Positions 14,498 to 28,178 of a stretch of 64,000 bases of DNA are shown piece after piece. A model generated the notes under the pieces. It did not search any database, was not told where the DNA came from, and saw nothing but the letters and a program-made list of their open reading frames with translations. This DNA is from the human T2T-CHM13v2.0 reference genome, Homo sapiens. The position numbers were made by a program, and so were the translations under genes. The stretch is taken from NCBI RefSeq assembly GCF_009914755.1, contig NC_060931.1, one strand, 5' to 3'. The number at the start of each line of letters is the position of its first letter. Position 1 is the stretch's first letter.

Positions 14498-15059
14498 AGT
14501 GGATGAACTGGACTCATTTGCAGGATTTTTTTTACTTGACAGGGGGCCCTGGAGCTAAAATAAATAAATAAATAAAATGCTTACAGTCTCTGGAGACAAG
14601 GTTTGTGTACATCAAAGGGGCCAATGACGAGAAACACAGGGAGTGATAGCACCCACAGGGCCACTGTGGGGCGTGGAGCTCACATCCCACGGATTTGGGC
14701 AAGGCCTACCTGGGGTGGTGGGGGCTGAGCTGAACCCTGATCATGGGCAGAGTGAGGGAAGACAGAATTTAGGGAGCAGACTCTTCATTCACAAGATCCA
14801 GAAGAGAGTTACAGAGGAACTTGAGGATGGCTGCCATAGAAAGAAAGATGATGTGATGATGGGATCAGAAGTTGGGATGATACACTTGGGCTTTCGTGGG
14901 GCAGGCCCCTCCCCATCCCCAGGCTTGGATGAACTGCCTGCCTGGGCTTCTGCTGCACCCTGCTCACTGCTGTTTATGCAGAACCTTAGTAGGACAGCCT
15001 TCTTCATGGAACACAGGCTGTTTTTGTAAAATAAATAGGTAAGTGAGTTGCAAGCGTCT

Positions 15060-15480
15060 ATGGCTACACACTCAACATGGGCCAATACTGAGATGAGGCA
15101 GTGGTGAAGCATCTGGGCAGGCTTGGTGCGTCAGGCATGCTGGAGCATGGAACACATTTCTGGGTAGCAGCTTCAGGGAGCAGAGAAGGGTATAGACAGA
15201 TGGGACCAGTTCCAAGAGGGAAAACAAGGATGCTGAACTGGATCGTGGGAAAACATGGAAAGAGCTGTAGATATTTAACCTGAAGAAGAAAAGCCTCTAT
15301 GGGGTGGGAGTGGGGATGGGAAGGGCAAGACAACTATTTCCAAATCTCTGAGGAAGTGAGAATCAACTTGCTTGGTGTGGCCTAGAGAAGCAGATGCTGC
15401 AAGGAGGAGATTGCAGACAAGAGAAACATTATTATTTTTTTTAATGGTCAGAACTGCCTAGATGTGAGAAAGTCCTCCAG
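15060..15480 (+). mobile_element. L3/CR1 fragment
   Basis: atatttaacctgaagaagaaaag...tttccaaatctctgagg...ttgcttggtgtggcctagag. Confidence 0.6.
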
Positions 15481-15484
15481 ATAG

Positions 15485-15625
15485 AAATTTATTTATTCAT
15501 TCACTCATTCAATTCATCATTCACATATTCAGTGACTATTTACTGGCTGTGTTTCAGGTATTGGAAAGAGAGTGGTGGGCAAAACTGAGTGATGTCTGCT
15601 CTCATGGGGTTTAGTCACTAAGGAA
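15485..15625 (-). mobile_element. L2 3' end fragment
   Basis: (ttca)n start then ...tctgctctcatggggtttagtc. Confidence 0.55.
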
Positions 15626-18600
15626 TGGTGGACCTTTCATAAGCGATAAAGTGTGAGGTGGGCAGAGGTGGTCTCCAGTGGGTGTTTCAAGCAGGCAGGG
15701 GTTGAGAAAGCTGAGACAGGGCTCTTCAGAACTTCAGTTTCCCAGACAAATCCATTTTAAGTTATAAAAGTTTATGTAAGTGCTATGTCTACTTCTAGTC
15801 TTAACTACGAATCTCAAACTGAAATGCTCTCAAATTGCCTCCTGAAGGAGCCTCCCCTGAAAACACAAAGGTGGAAAAACAACTTCCATTGCTTGGTTCT
15901 GTGTGTCTTTGGGGACTCCAGTCTGGCTTATGTGCTAATGGAAGTTAATTAGACAAAGAGCCTTCCCCGCTGCACAGGGCCTCTGAGCTCTGTTTGGGGT
16001 TGCTTAGTTCAAAAAGGGCAGGATGAAAGGATCCTGGGACCTGGATCACTTTCAAGATTTCCTGAGAGGAGTGACATCCGACCCAGAGAAACAGACATGA
16101 GCCATGCCCACCTGGCTTCCCAGGTGGGTTGGAGCACCAGGGTGATTGGGAAGATTTATGCCGTGCTCCTGGGGAAGTCATCGTCCCTCGATTCTGTACC
16201 ATTCCTTCCATAGTTCTTCTCTTTCCTCTCCTTCTCTTAACTTTGGGTGCTGAATTCTTTCTCCTCCTCAATGAACGCAACACCCTATGAGCTCCTACTT
16301 GGAGCAGACCATGGCCTAGGTTCTGAAAACTGCCAGGTCAATTTGGAGAGGTCTCTGCCGCAGCATTTGCCGTTGCTGGGGTTGTTCCTGCTTTCCTGTC
16401 TGTCCACTGATTACTCACACTCTACGTGTTTCAGAAGACACCACGGAAGAGCTCAGTGCATAAGCTCTGCAATGGGGCTCTCTCCATTCTGGCAGCTCTG
16501 GCAGAAAGAGGAAACCATGAAAACCCAGCTCTGTTACCTGACAATGGACATTCCTGCTGTCAGAGATAAACAGTGACAGACATTAGGCAGAGAGATGAAA
16601 CAGGTTCTCTTCAGTAACTACTGACAGCAGGGGCCAGAGCCCAGCTTTACTCTGATTTGCACAGAGACGACTGGGCACGTTAAAGGGGGAGCGCGGGGTA
16701 GGGAGGAGGAGGGAACGGGGATCAAGCAGAGTTGGGGAAGTGAAAAGTTCCCAAAGGCAGTAAGAGGGTTGGTCAGTGTAAATGTGTCTGCCAGGTGGGA
16801 GTGATCAAAGTTAGGATTCTGTCCTCCCAGCTGGGAGACTGCACCCCTGAGTGGAGTGGGGTAGGGCCAGACCTTTGAGGGGTGCATGTGGAAACTCGGG
16901 ACCCCTGGGCTCTTACCCTGGCTCTACCATTTACCTCCTATGTGGTCAGGGGTTGGTCACTCTGCTGCCTCCTGGCTCTGACCTGGGAGCTCTGGGGTCT
17001 CCAACCTTGGAATGTTCACCTTTGCATCATCCTATAATTCTTACTATCATTCTCCGAAGCCACAGAAAAATCACATTTGGATCTCAGTGGTTACTAGGCA
17101 GGGGGTCTGTGAAAGCCCTGAATAGTTGTGACAGGTGCCAGGGAGTTTGTTCTGGGAGCTTCCTGGAGAGGAAGGGTAATGGCGTACCTGAGAGAAGGGC
17201 CCTGGGCAGAGGCCTCTGCCCACAGCATTGAGGCTGTGGACGAGCCTAGTCAGTCCATGAGCACTTGCAAAGCTCCAGTCGGGTGTGCCTGGGCTAGTCC
17301 TTCTCTGGCCACCCTTTGGTCCCCTGAGTCCTTCTCAATGTCTCTTGCTACCAAATTGCTTTCATACATGGATCAATTTCTACTCCTCTTGAAGAGTGTG
17401 TCAGATGCTTTCTCATCCCGTGTTAACACTGGAATTATCCACACTTTTAATCCTTGCTAATTCCATAGGTCAAAAAGATAGCATCTCATTATTATAATCG
17501 GCAATGTTTTTGGCCTATGAGTGGAGGTCAAACAGTTGGTGGCGATTATCTTTTGAAGACACCATTTAAAATGCCCATGTTTGAGGGTATTTTGTGTTAT
17601 GATTTGTAACTGGAAGGTTTATAAAAGCTAATAGAAACTATTGACACAGTGTAACTAATTTGGGCTGGAAGGGAACTCTTGGAATAACTGCTCTTCCTTT
17701 CAGCATTGCTAGGGTAAAGCACTCCAACTTCATATTCTGTCAAAAGCAGTGTTAATATTAATAGATAAATACTGACCAGGCACACAATTTAGGGGTATAG
17801 TGATCCCAAAACAGTGCGTGAGGAATTTGTTATTAAAAGATGCACACACGTCAAGAATATCCTCTAATGAATATGCAGTGTGTTAATTCTGTAATATCAT
17901 TGTTCCAAGAAACTTGGTACTTCCTGATGTCTAAAAGTTGATAAGTTTATTTAGCCTATTGTTTTGACTTTGCTATACTGTGAGTGATTTTACAGATCCC
18001 TAATTTCAGTGCCACACCAATGCCACAATCTCTAAGCAGGATGAAGTTGCTGTATTCTTCCAATCAATTAACCAACAAAATTAAATTTCACACTACAGAG
18101 CTTTGGAATAGCTACTGTTTACTGAAATTACCATTGCAAATAATGAAACTGAATGTTTAAAGAACCAGCGTTTAGTATTGTCAATTAAGTCTGGACTAAA
18201 TGTTAATAAATATAACACAGTGTGGAAAACCATCTGTGGAGCTTCAGCTTCATGAGGGAATGTGCCAGGAACAGCCTGGTTTAGACAGTTTGTTGATGTG
18301 ACTCTGGTCCCCCAGAAGCCAATGGTCAGTTAGCAACTTGTGAAGCAGCCACTTCCATCTGGGGACCCTATCACTAAACTCACACAAAAAAAGTCGCTAG
18401 GGTATTTCAGATTTTAAACGGTTAGTCTATTGAATAATCAGCAACGTGACAACCATCTCATTTAAAAAACTTTGCATATGATTTTGCCATGTGTTTGTCT
18501 CTCAGGTACCTTTCCAGCTTTTGTCCCTGGGTGTACACATGTCACATGTGTGCAAATGGCACATATGCAATTTTCTGTCATTGCATCAGATGTATATTCG

Positions 18601-19251
18601 TTAATTGTGACTTGGTCTCTAAATTGCCATTTTGAATTACTATGATAATTTGTATAGTGAATGAGATATGATTTGCCTCACCAACCTTCTATTGTTGCCA
18701 TTTAAATTGAGCCTTAATGCTGATGATTATCAGCTATGAAGCATGTGGATTTTTCACAGTTTGGTATTATTTTCTTAGAACAAATTCCCAGCAGTTGGAA
18801 CACCAAAGGAAAAGGGAATTAACGTTTTAATGGCTTTATGCTTCTCACCAACATAGTCCTGTCCTGCTTATCCTCTTTTGGACACCCTTCCCATTTATTT
18901 CTTTGGATACAAAGATATCTAAAATAAAGAGGGCTTTTGTTTTTGTTCTGTTTCTTTTCCAGGTTCTATTCTATCCCTTCTATCTGCTGCATTGCTCTAC
19001 TTTCTCTAGTTTTCTGTTTTGCCTGCTGATCTTTCCCGTGGAGGCTGTCCTCCCATTTAAGAGTGGGGAGCTCTAAAGCTGGTGGGATTACTTACCGGTG
19101 ATTGGCCACTGGCAAGTCTTCCTCCTATCACCATCAGAAATCTTCATCTCTGGTGATGTCAGTTCTAAAAAAGGCAGTATTCCAAGGGTGCCTTGCTGGT
19201 GCTCAGGGAACAGGCAGTGTTTGTACAAAAGGCTGTGGATGTGAGGGTGCT

Positions 19252-19490
19252 TGTGTGTGTTCATGCATGAGTCTTTGTGGGTACATATGTGCATGTACAT
19301 GTTTGTGCATGTGCATGCATGTGTGTGCATGAGGCTGTGTGCATACACATTTGTGCATGTATATGCATGTGCATATGTGCACATGTATATGAGGCTGTGT
19401 GCATGAAACTGTGTGTGTGCATAAGGCTATGTGTGCCTGTGTATATGTGTGTGTGTGTACACATGTGCATGAGGCTGTGCATGGCCATGC
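19252..19490. repeat. Degenerate (TG/CA)-rich minisatellite with recurring gcatgaggctgtgtgcat motif
   Basis: Directly visible alternating purine-pyrimidine tract. Confidence 0.85.
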
Positions 19491-19719
19491 GTGGTGGGTG
19501 TTTGGGCTTCTCTGCAGCCCTGGCGAGGCAGCCTGGAGAACACCGTTGTTAGCAGCAGGACAACAAGCCCTGTGATTCCTGCATGATACCTATGCTGCTC
19601 TGAATTTGCAGTGATCCCAAAGGCCAGCTTCAGCCAGTCTGTGCCTACCAAATAAACTCATGTGTTTAAATTTCCAGGTTTGTGGATTCTAGGAGCCCCA
19701 GTAATTTTCTTTGTTTCAT

Positions 19720-20320
19720 TTTGTTCATAACAAAATTTTCAAATGCAGAAAAGCAAAGAATATATTCATTTGTTTAAAATGAATAATTATTTAAAAGTAC
19801 ATAATTTATTTGTTTATTTTCCCATTGTTGGGCAATTAACTTGTTTAAGAAATTTTACTTCTATAAATCATGCCAGAAAAACACCTCTGCTGTGCGTTTT
19901 TCTCCCAATCGTGTGGCTGCTTGTGCACACGATACTCTGAGTTGGAGTGTGTTGCCTAGTGACATTGCTAGATCACAGAATGTTTACCACTAATATGGCC
20001 AAGATGCTCTCCAAAGGTTGTAGCACGTTAGACTCCCACAGCAATCCTGCGAGTTCTGTTTTTCTTATATTTGTGCCATTGCTTGGTATCATCAGATTCT
20101 CTGTGCTGGCCCCTGCCCAGTCTCAACTGGAATTTTCTTGATTATTTGCTCACTCTAAGTATTGCTTTTTTGTATATTGCCTATTTATTTCCTTGACTCA
20201 TTTTTTTTTCTTTTGAAGGTTGAAATTTTCCTTATTAAGTTGTTATTCTTTATATATTTTGTCAGCAGTTTTTATTGTAACTATCTTTTCCCTGGATTGC
20301 ACATCTTTCCACTTAAAAAA
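19720..20320 (-). mobile_element. Old L1ME fragment
   Basis: cccattgttgggcaattaacttgttt...ctctccaaaggttgtagc...actcccacagcaat. Confidence 0.5.
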
Positions 20321-20321
20321 A

Positions 20322-23300
20322 ATTTATTGTATATTTGTAAATTATAACTGTATGTATTTATGGGGTGCAAATGGTTTTATGAAATCAGTGTACAATGTGG
20401 AGTGACTGAATCAAGCTAACTAACATATCCATCACCTCAAATACTTATCACTTATTCCTCCTGTCTTAACTGAAACTTTGTACCTTTTGACCAATATCTC
20501 CCCATTTCTCCCACCCACCCCCAGCCTCTGGTAATCACCCTTCTACTCTCTGCTTCTATGAGATCAATTGTTTTAGATTCCACATATGAGAACATACAAT
20601 GTTTGTCTTTCTGTACCTGGCTTAATTCACTTAGAATACTGTCCAGTTTCATCCACGTTGTCACAAATGACATAATCTTCTTCTTTTTAAAGGCTAACTA
20701 GTATTCTATTGTGTATATTCACCAGATTTTCTTTATCCATTCATTCACTGATGGACACAGGTTAATTCCATGTCTTGGCTATTGTGAATAGTGCTGCAAT
20801 GAACATGGAAGTGCAGGTATCCCTCCAATGTATCAATTTCATTTTTCTTTGGATATATACCCAGAAGTGGAATTGTTGGATCCTATGGTAATTCTATTTT
20901 TAGTTTTGAGGAGTTTCCATAGATTTTTTTTTTCCAAAATGGCTATACTAATTTACATTCCTACCAACAGGGTGCAAAGATTCTCTTTTTCCCCACAACC
21001 TCACCAACATTTATGTTTCATCTTTTTGCTAATAGCAGTTCTGACAGGTGTGAAGTGATATCTCATTGTGGTTTTAATTTGCATTTTCCTAATGGCTAGT
21101 GATACTGAGCATTTTTTTCATATATCTGCTGGCTGTTTCTGTGCCTTCTTTTGAGAAATGTCTATTCAGGTCCTTTGTACATTTTTTAGTTGAGTCACTT
21201 GTTTTCTTAATATTGAGTTGTTTGAATTCCTTATATTTTTGGATATTAATTCCTTATCATATGTATGGCTTACAAATATTTTCTCCCAATCCATGGGTTG
21301 TTTTTTTCACTCTGTTTATTGTTTTTTTTATTTTTTATTTTTTTTTGCTGAGTACAAAATTTTTTGTTTTATGTAATTCTATTTGTCTATTTTTGCTTTT
21401 GTTGCCTAAACTTTTGGGATAAAATTAAAAAATTATAGTCTAGACCAATGTTGTGTAATTTTTTCCCTATGTTTTCTTCTAGTAGTTTTACATTTAAGAT
21501 GTTATGTTTAAGTCTTTAATTCATTTTGAGTTAATTTTTTATATAGTTTATGATAAGGGTTCTATTTCATTCTTATGCATGTGGATATCCACTTTTCCAA
21601 CACGTTTTATTGAAGTGACTATCTTTTTTCTCATTGTGTATTCTTGGCAACTTTGATGAAAATCAGTTGACTCTTAATACATGGGCTTTTTTTCTGGGCT
21701 ATTTTGTTTTATTGATCAATGTCTGTTTTTATGCCAGTACCATGCTATTTTGATTACTAGAGCTTTGTAGTATAGTTTGAAGTCAGGTGGTGTGATGCCT
21801 CCAGCTTTGTCTTTTTTGCTCAAGATTGCTTTGGCTATTTAGAGTCTTTTGTGGTTCCACATGAATTTTAGGATTGCTTTTTCTATTTCTGTGAAAAATG
21901 ACATTAGAATTTTAATAGGGATTGCATTGAATCTGTAGATTGCTTTGGGTAGGATGGTGATTCACAATATTAATTCTTTCAATCCATAAACATGACATAT
22001 CTTTCCATTTATTTGGGTCATCTTCAATTTCTTTCATCAATGTTTCATAGTTTTCAGTGTACAGATCTTTCATCTCTTTGGTTAAATTTACTCCTAAGCA
22101 TGTTCTTTTTGTGTAGCTACTGGTAATTAAATTGTTTTCTTGATTCGCATTTTGTTATTTTATTATTAGTAAATAGAAACAATGCTGATTTTTGAGTGTT
22201 GATTTTGTAACCTGCAACCTTACTGTATTCATTTATTAGTTCTAACAATATTTTGGTGGAGTGTTTAGGGTTGTCTATATACAAGATTATGTCATCAGCA
22301 AACGGCAACAATTTCACTACTTCCTTTCCTATTTGGATGTCTTTTATTTCTTTCTGTTGCTTAATTTCTCTGGCAAGGCCTTTCAGTACTGTGTTGAACA
22401 GAAGGGATGAGAGTTGGCATCCTTGTCTTGTTCCAGATCTTAGAGGAAATGCTTTCAACTTTTCACTGTTGGGTATGATGTCAGCTGTGAGTTTATCATA
22501 TATGGCCTTCATTGTGTTGAGGTACATTTCTTCTGTATCTAGTTTGTTGAGTGTTTTCATCACGAAAAGTTATGAATTTTGTCAAATGCTTTTTCTACAT
22601 CTAATGGGATGCTTGTATGGTTTTTGCCCTTCATTCTGTTAATGTGGTATATCACATAGATTGCATACATTGAACCATCTTTGCATCCCTGGGATAAATT
22701 CCACTTGATCGTGGTGAATGATCCTTTTAATATATTGTTGACTCTGATTTGCTAGTATTTTGCTGAAGATTTTTGCATCATGTTCATCAGGATATTGACC
22801 TATAGTATTTTTTCCCCTTGTAATGTCCTTGTTTGGCTTTAGTATAAGGGTAATGCTGGCCTCATAAAAAGAGTTTGGAGGTGTTCTCTGCCCTTTAATT
22901 TTTTGGAAGAGTTTGAGAAGTATTGTTATCAGTTCTTTAAATGTTTGGTAAAATTTAGCAGTGAAGTCATCAGGTCCTGGGATTTTCTTTGATGGAAGAG
23001 TTTTTATTACTAATTAAATCTCCTTACTCACTTATTAGTCTATTAAGATTTTCGATTCCTTGATTATTCAATCTTGGTTGGTCATGTGTGTCTAGAAATT
23101 TATCCATTTTTTCTAGGTCATTTAACTTTTTGATGTATAATAATTCATAGTAATTTCTTATAATACTTTGTACTTCTGTGGTATCAGTTGTAATGTCTCC
23201 ACCTTAATTTTTTATTCTATTTGTTTGAGTCTTCTCTCTTTTTTTCTTCATTTAGCTAAGGAGTTGTCAAGTTTTTAAAAACTTTTTGAAAAATAGACTC

Positions 23301-24996
23301 AGTTTTGTTGATTTTTTTCTATTTTTTTTCTAGTCTCTGTCTTATTTATTTCTACTCTGATCTTTATTATTTTCTTTCTTCTGCCAACTTTGGGCTTAGT
23401 TTGTTCTTCTTTTTCTAGTTCCTTGAGGTGTAACATTAGATTGTTTATTTGATATCATTCTTCTTTGTGGGAGTGTTTATTTATTTTAATCATTAAGAAT
23501 TTTATAGAAAAAAATTTTACATTAAGTTCTACCCCATTGATCTTCTTTTTTTAATATTAGGAATTATAAATTTCCCTCTTAGAATAGCTTTTGCTGCATC
23601 CTGTAAGTTTTGGTATGTTGTATTTCCATTTTTGTTGTCTTGAGACATTTTTCATTTTTCCTTTTGATTTCTTCTTTGATCCATTGGTTGTTCAGGAACA
23701 TGTTGTTTAATTTCCTTGTATTTGTGAATTTTTCAAGATTTTTCTTGTTATTGATTTCTAGTTTCATATCATTGTGATATTAAAGGATACTTGATATTAT
23801 TTCAGTCCTCTTACATTTGTTCAGACTTGTGTTTTTTTGGCCTAAAATGTAATCTATCCTGGAGAATTTTCTGTGTGCACTTGAGAAGAATGTATATTCT
23901 GTTGCTGTTGGATGGAGTGTTCAGTGTATGTATGTTCAGTCCATTTGGTCTAAAATGTAATTCACATTTGATTCTTTTTATTGATTTTCTGTCATGGATG
24001 ATCTGCCTATTGTTGAAAGTGGAGTGTTAAAGTCCCTGACTGTTATTGTGTTGCTATTTCTCCCTTCAGATCCTTTAATATTTACTTTATATGTTTAGGT
24101 GCTCTGTTGGGTATAGATATAATTGTAATTGCTATAGCCTCTTGATAAATGGACGCTTTTATCATTATATAATTATATTTTTGGTCTCTTTTTACAGTTA
24201 TTGACTTAAAGTCTATTTTGTCTGATATAATTATAGCTACTCTTGTTCTCTTTTGATTTCTATTAGCATAACGTATCTTTTTCCATCCCTTCACTTTAAG
24301 TCTATGTGTTTCCTTAAAGATGAAGTGACCCTCTTGTAGACAGCATATAGTTGGGTCTTGTGGGTATTTTTAAAAAAACCCATTCAGCCACTGTATGTCT
24401 TTATTAGAGAATTTCATCCATTTATATCCAAAGTAATTATTGATAGGTAAGGACTTAACTATTGCCATTTTGCCATTTACTTTCCAGTTTTTTACATATA
24501 TTTTGTTTCTTTCTTCCTCTCTTTTTGTCTTCCTTTGTGGTTTGATGGTTTTCTGTAGTGGTATGCTTTGAATACTTTCTACTTACGTTTTGTGTATCTA
24601 CTGTAGATTTTTGCTTTGTGGTTGCCATAAGGCTTGCATAAAACATCTTGTACTTAGGCTATTTTAAGCTGATAATAAATTAACTTTGATTGCATACAAT
24701 AACTCTATACTTTTATCAGCCAATAGGTGATAACATACATTTTATGTTTTTGCCATCAAAATTAACATTTAAAAAAAATAATTTGTATCCTTGACAATTT
24801 ATTTTAGTTTTATTTTAAAAGTTTCGTCTTTTAACCATAGTACTAGAGATGAAATTGCTTTACACACTAGTCCATTACAGTTCTATAGTATTCTGAATAT
24901 GACTCTGTATTAGTTATACCATTGAGTTTTGTGCTTCCATATGTTGTTAATTCGCAGCCTGTTGTTTCAGCTTAAAGAATTCCCTTTAGTAATTCC
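20322..24996 (-). mobile_element. 5'-truncated L1MA (L1MA4/5-like) LINE-1
   Basis: L1MA 3' UTR (taacatatccatcacctcaaatacttatc), RT remnant ORF 22117-22563 (GTRQGC...[10 protein letters not shown]), EN remnant 24082-24294. Confidence 0.9.
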
Positions 24997-25135
24997 ATGC
25001 CCTTGACCCTTCTCTGGCACCAGAAAAAGTCTGGACATTGCTGGGGGTGAAGTAGGAAACCTATCTTTGCACTGATGCCAGGCAGAAGTTGACTGTCCCA
25101 GACACTGCACTGACACTTGGAAAAAATGTCTCTTA

Positions 25136-25273
25136 GTTGGGCATTGTGGCTTATGTCTGTAATCCTAGCACTTTGGGAGGCTGAGACAGGAGGATCATTT
25201 GAGCCCACAAGTTCAACACCACCCTGGGCAACAAAGCAAGACCCTGTCTCTACAAAAAAAAAAAAAAAAAAAA
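25136..25273 (+). mobile_element. FLAM-C / Alu left monomer
   Basis: tgtaatcctagcactttgggaggctgagacaggaggatcatttgagccc...gaccctgtctctac plus A20. Confidence 0.85.
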
Positions 25274-25578
25274 ATCTGTCCCTGGCAGAGAGGCAGGAAA
25301 TCTGTATATGCCAGCATTCTGTTCTGAAACAAGATAGCATTTAGATACTACTGGTAGGAGGTGCGAGCCCTATCTGCTCTGTAGGCCCTGTCCTGAGGAA
25401 GAGATAATTTATTTTTATTTTTATTTTTATTTTTATTTTTTTGCCATGAGGAATACTGAGACATATATACCCAGAGGCTTAGGATCCAGAAACCCTCACA
25501 CTGCCCCCACCACAAGCTATGCACTGAGTAGAAACAACAGCAGGACCTCTGTGAGAGGAAAAAAACTGATAAGGGTCT

Positions 25579-25810
25579 CTTCCTAGGTGCAAGTGTGTGG
25601 CTTCTATGGTAGTTGTGCAGCTTATAGGTGTAGGAGTTCCCCTCCTAGGTGCAGGATGTGCAGCTCCTAGGGCAGGTGTGACTCTCCTAGCACAGGTGTC
25701 TGGCTGCTAGGTAGAGAAGTAGGTACCTCCTAGGTATAGGTGTGCAGCTCCCAGTTGTAGGTGTGTGGCTCCTAGTTTCAGGTCTGTGGCTCCTAGGGCA
25801 GATGTAGGAC
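25579..25810. repeat. Degenerate ~20-22 bp tandem repeat, about 11 copies (ctcctaggtgcaggtgtgcag-like)
   Basis: Units recur directly, e.g. ctcctaggtgcaggatgtgcag, ctcctagggcaggtgtgact, ctcctaggtataggtgtgcag, ctcctagtttcaggtctgtgg. Confidence 0.8.
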
Positions 25811-25884
25811 TACAGAAGCTGAAGTGGAGCAAGGACACTGGGGACCTTTAGACACCCCAGGCTTCACACAGAATAGTTAGTGGC

Positions 25885-28178
25885 TCTATTAGTCCCTTTT
25901 CACACTGCTGATAAAGACATACCTGAGACCAGGCAATTTAAAAAGGAAAGAGTTTAATGGAGAACTCATAGCTCCACGTGGCTGGGGAAGCCTCACAATC
26001 ATGGCAGAAGGCAAGGAGGAGCAAGTCACATCTTACATGGATGGTGGCAGGCAAAAAGAGCTTGTGCAGAGAAACTCCCATTTTTTAAAACCATCAGATC
26101 TTGTGAGAGCCATGCACTATTATGAGAACAGCACAGGAAAGACCCATCCCCATGATTCAATCATCTCCCACTGGGTCCCTCCCACAGCATGCGGGAATTA
26201 TGGGAGCTACAAGATGAGGTTTGGGTGGGGACACAGAGCCAAACCATATCATTCTGCCCCAGGCCCCTCCCAGATCTCATATCTTCACATTTCAAAACCA
26301 ATCATGCCTTCCCAACAGTCCCCCAAAGTCACAACTCATTTCAGCATTAACTCAAAAGTCCACAGTCCAAAGTCTCATCTGAGACAGGGCAAGTTGCTTC
26401 TGCCTATGATCCTGCAAAATCAAAAGCAAGTTAGTTAATTCCTAAATACAGTGGGGGTACAGGCATTGGGTAAATACAGCCATTCCAAGTGGGAGAAATT
26501 GGCCAAAACAAAGGGGCTACAGGCCCCATGCAAGTCTGAAATCCGGTGAGGCCGTCAAATCTTAAAGCTCCAAAATGATCTCCTTTGACTCCATGTCTCA
26601 CATCCAGGTCATGCTAATGCAAGAGGTGGGTTCCCATGGTCTCGGGCAGCCCCACCCCTGTGGCTTTGCAGGGTACACATCCCTCCCAGCTGCCTTCACG
26701 GGCTGGTGTTGAGTGTCTGCAGCTTTTCCAGCTGCATGGTGCAAGCTGTCAGTGGATCTATCATTCTGTGGTCTGGAGGATGGTGGCCCTCTTCTCACAG
26801 CTCCACTAGGCCATGCCCCAGTATGGACTCTGTGTGGGGGCTCTGACTCCACATTTCCCTTCCACACTGCCGTAGCAGAAGTTCTCCACGAGGGCTCTGC
26901 CTCTGCAGTAAACTTGTGCCTGGGCATCCAGATGTTTCCATACATCTTCTGAAATCTAGGCGGAGGTTCCCAAACCTCAGTTCTTGACTTCTGTGCACTT
27001 GCAGGCTTAATACCACATGAAAGCTGCCAAGGCTTGAGGCTTGCACCCTCTGAAGCCATGGCCTAAGCTCTACATTGGCCTCTTTCAGCAACAGCTGGAA
27101 TGGCTGGGATGAAGGGCACCAAGTCCTAGGCCGCACACAGCACAGGGACCATGGGACCAGCCCACAGAACCACTTTTTTCTCCTAGGTCTGTGATGGAAG
27201 GGGCTACCATGAAGCCCTCTGACATGCCCCGGAGACATTTTCCCCATTGTTTTGGTGATTAACATTTGGCTTCTTGTTACTCATGCAAATTTCTGCAGCT
27301 GGCTTGAATTTCTCCTTGGAAAATGGGATTTTCTTTTCTATTGCATTGTCAGACTGCAAATTTTCCAAACTTTTATGCTCTTCTTTTAAAACTGATGTCT
27401 TTAACAGCACCTAAGTAACACTCTGAAGCTTTGCTACTTAGAAATTTCTTCCACCAGATACCCTAAATTATCTCTCTCAAGTTCAAAGTTCCACAAGTCT
27501 CTAGGGCAGGGGCAAAATGCTGCCAGTCTCTTTGTCAAAACATAATAAGAGTCACCTTTACTCCAGTTCCCAACAAGTTCCTCATCTCCATCTGAGACCA
27601 CCTCAGCCTGGACCTTATTGTTCATATAACTATCAACATTTTTGTCAAAGCCATTCAACAAGTCTCTAGGAAGTCCCAAACTTTCCCACATTATCCTGTC
27701 TTCTGAGACTTCCAAACTGTTCCAACCTCGCCTGTTACCCAGTTCCTAAGTCGCTTCCACATTTTTGGGTATCTTTTCAGTAATGCCTCATTCTACTGGT
27801 ACCAATTTACTGTATTAGTTTGTTTTCATGCTGCTGATAAAGACATACCCAAGACTGGGCAGTTCACAAAGAAAAGAGGTTTAATGGAGAACTCACAGCT
27901 CCATGTGACTGGGGAAGCCTCATAGTCATGGTGGAAGGTTAGGAGGAGCAAGTCACATCTTATGTGGATGGCAGCAGGCAAAAAGAGATTGTGCAGAGAA
28001 ACTCCCATTTTTTAAAACCATCAGATCTTGTGAGACTCATTCATTATTATGAAAGCAGCATGAGAAAGACCCACCCTCATGATTCAATCATCTCCCACCA
28101 GGTCCCTCCCACAACATGTGGGAATTATGGGAGCTACAAGATGAGATTTGGGTGGGAACACAGAGCCAAATTACATCA
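25885..28178 (-). mobile_element. Complete THE1A (MaLR) element: LTR 25885-26251, internal 26252-27810, LTR 27811-28178
   Basis: Two homologous ~365-bp LTRs, THE1-int body, 5-bp TSD GTGGC at 25880-25884 and 28179-28183. Confidence 0.95.

Noticed and set aside
18305-18420. PEANGQ (integrase-like) and VARVF (Helitron Rep-like) peptide snippets
   Set aside because: Too short, with no supporting flanking motifs.
25579-25810. CRISPR-like array
   Set aside because: Head-to-tail degenerate units without unique spacers, in mammalian DNA.
25972-25992. PRDM9 hotspot 13-mer in the THE1 LTRs
   Set aside because: The site reads CTTCCCCAGCCAC (second LTR CTTCCCCAGTCAC), not the CCTCCCT-containing hot version.
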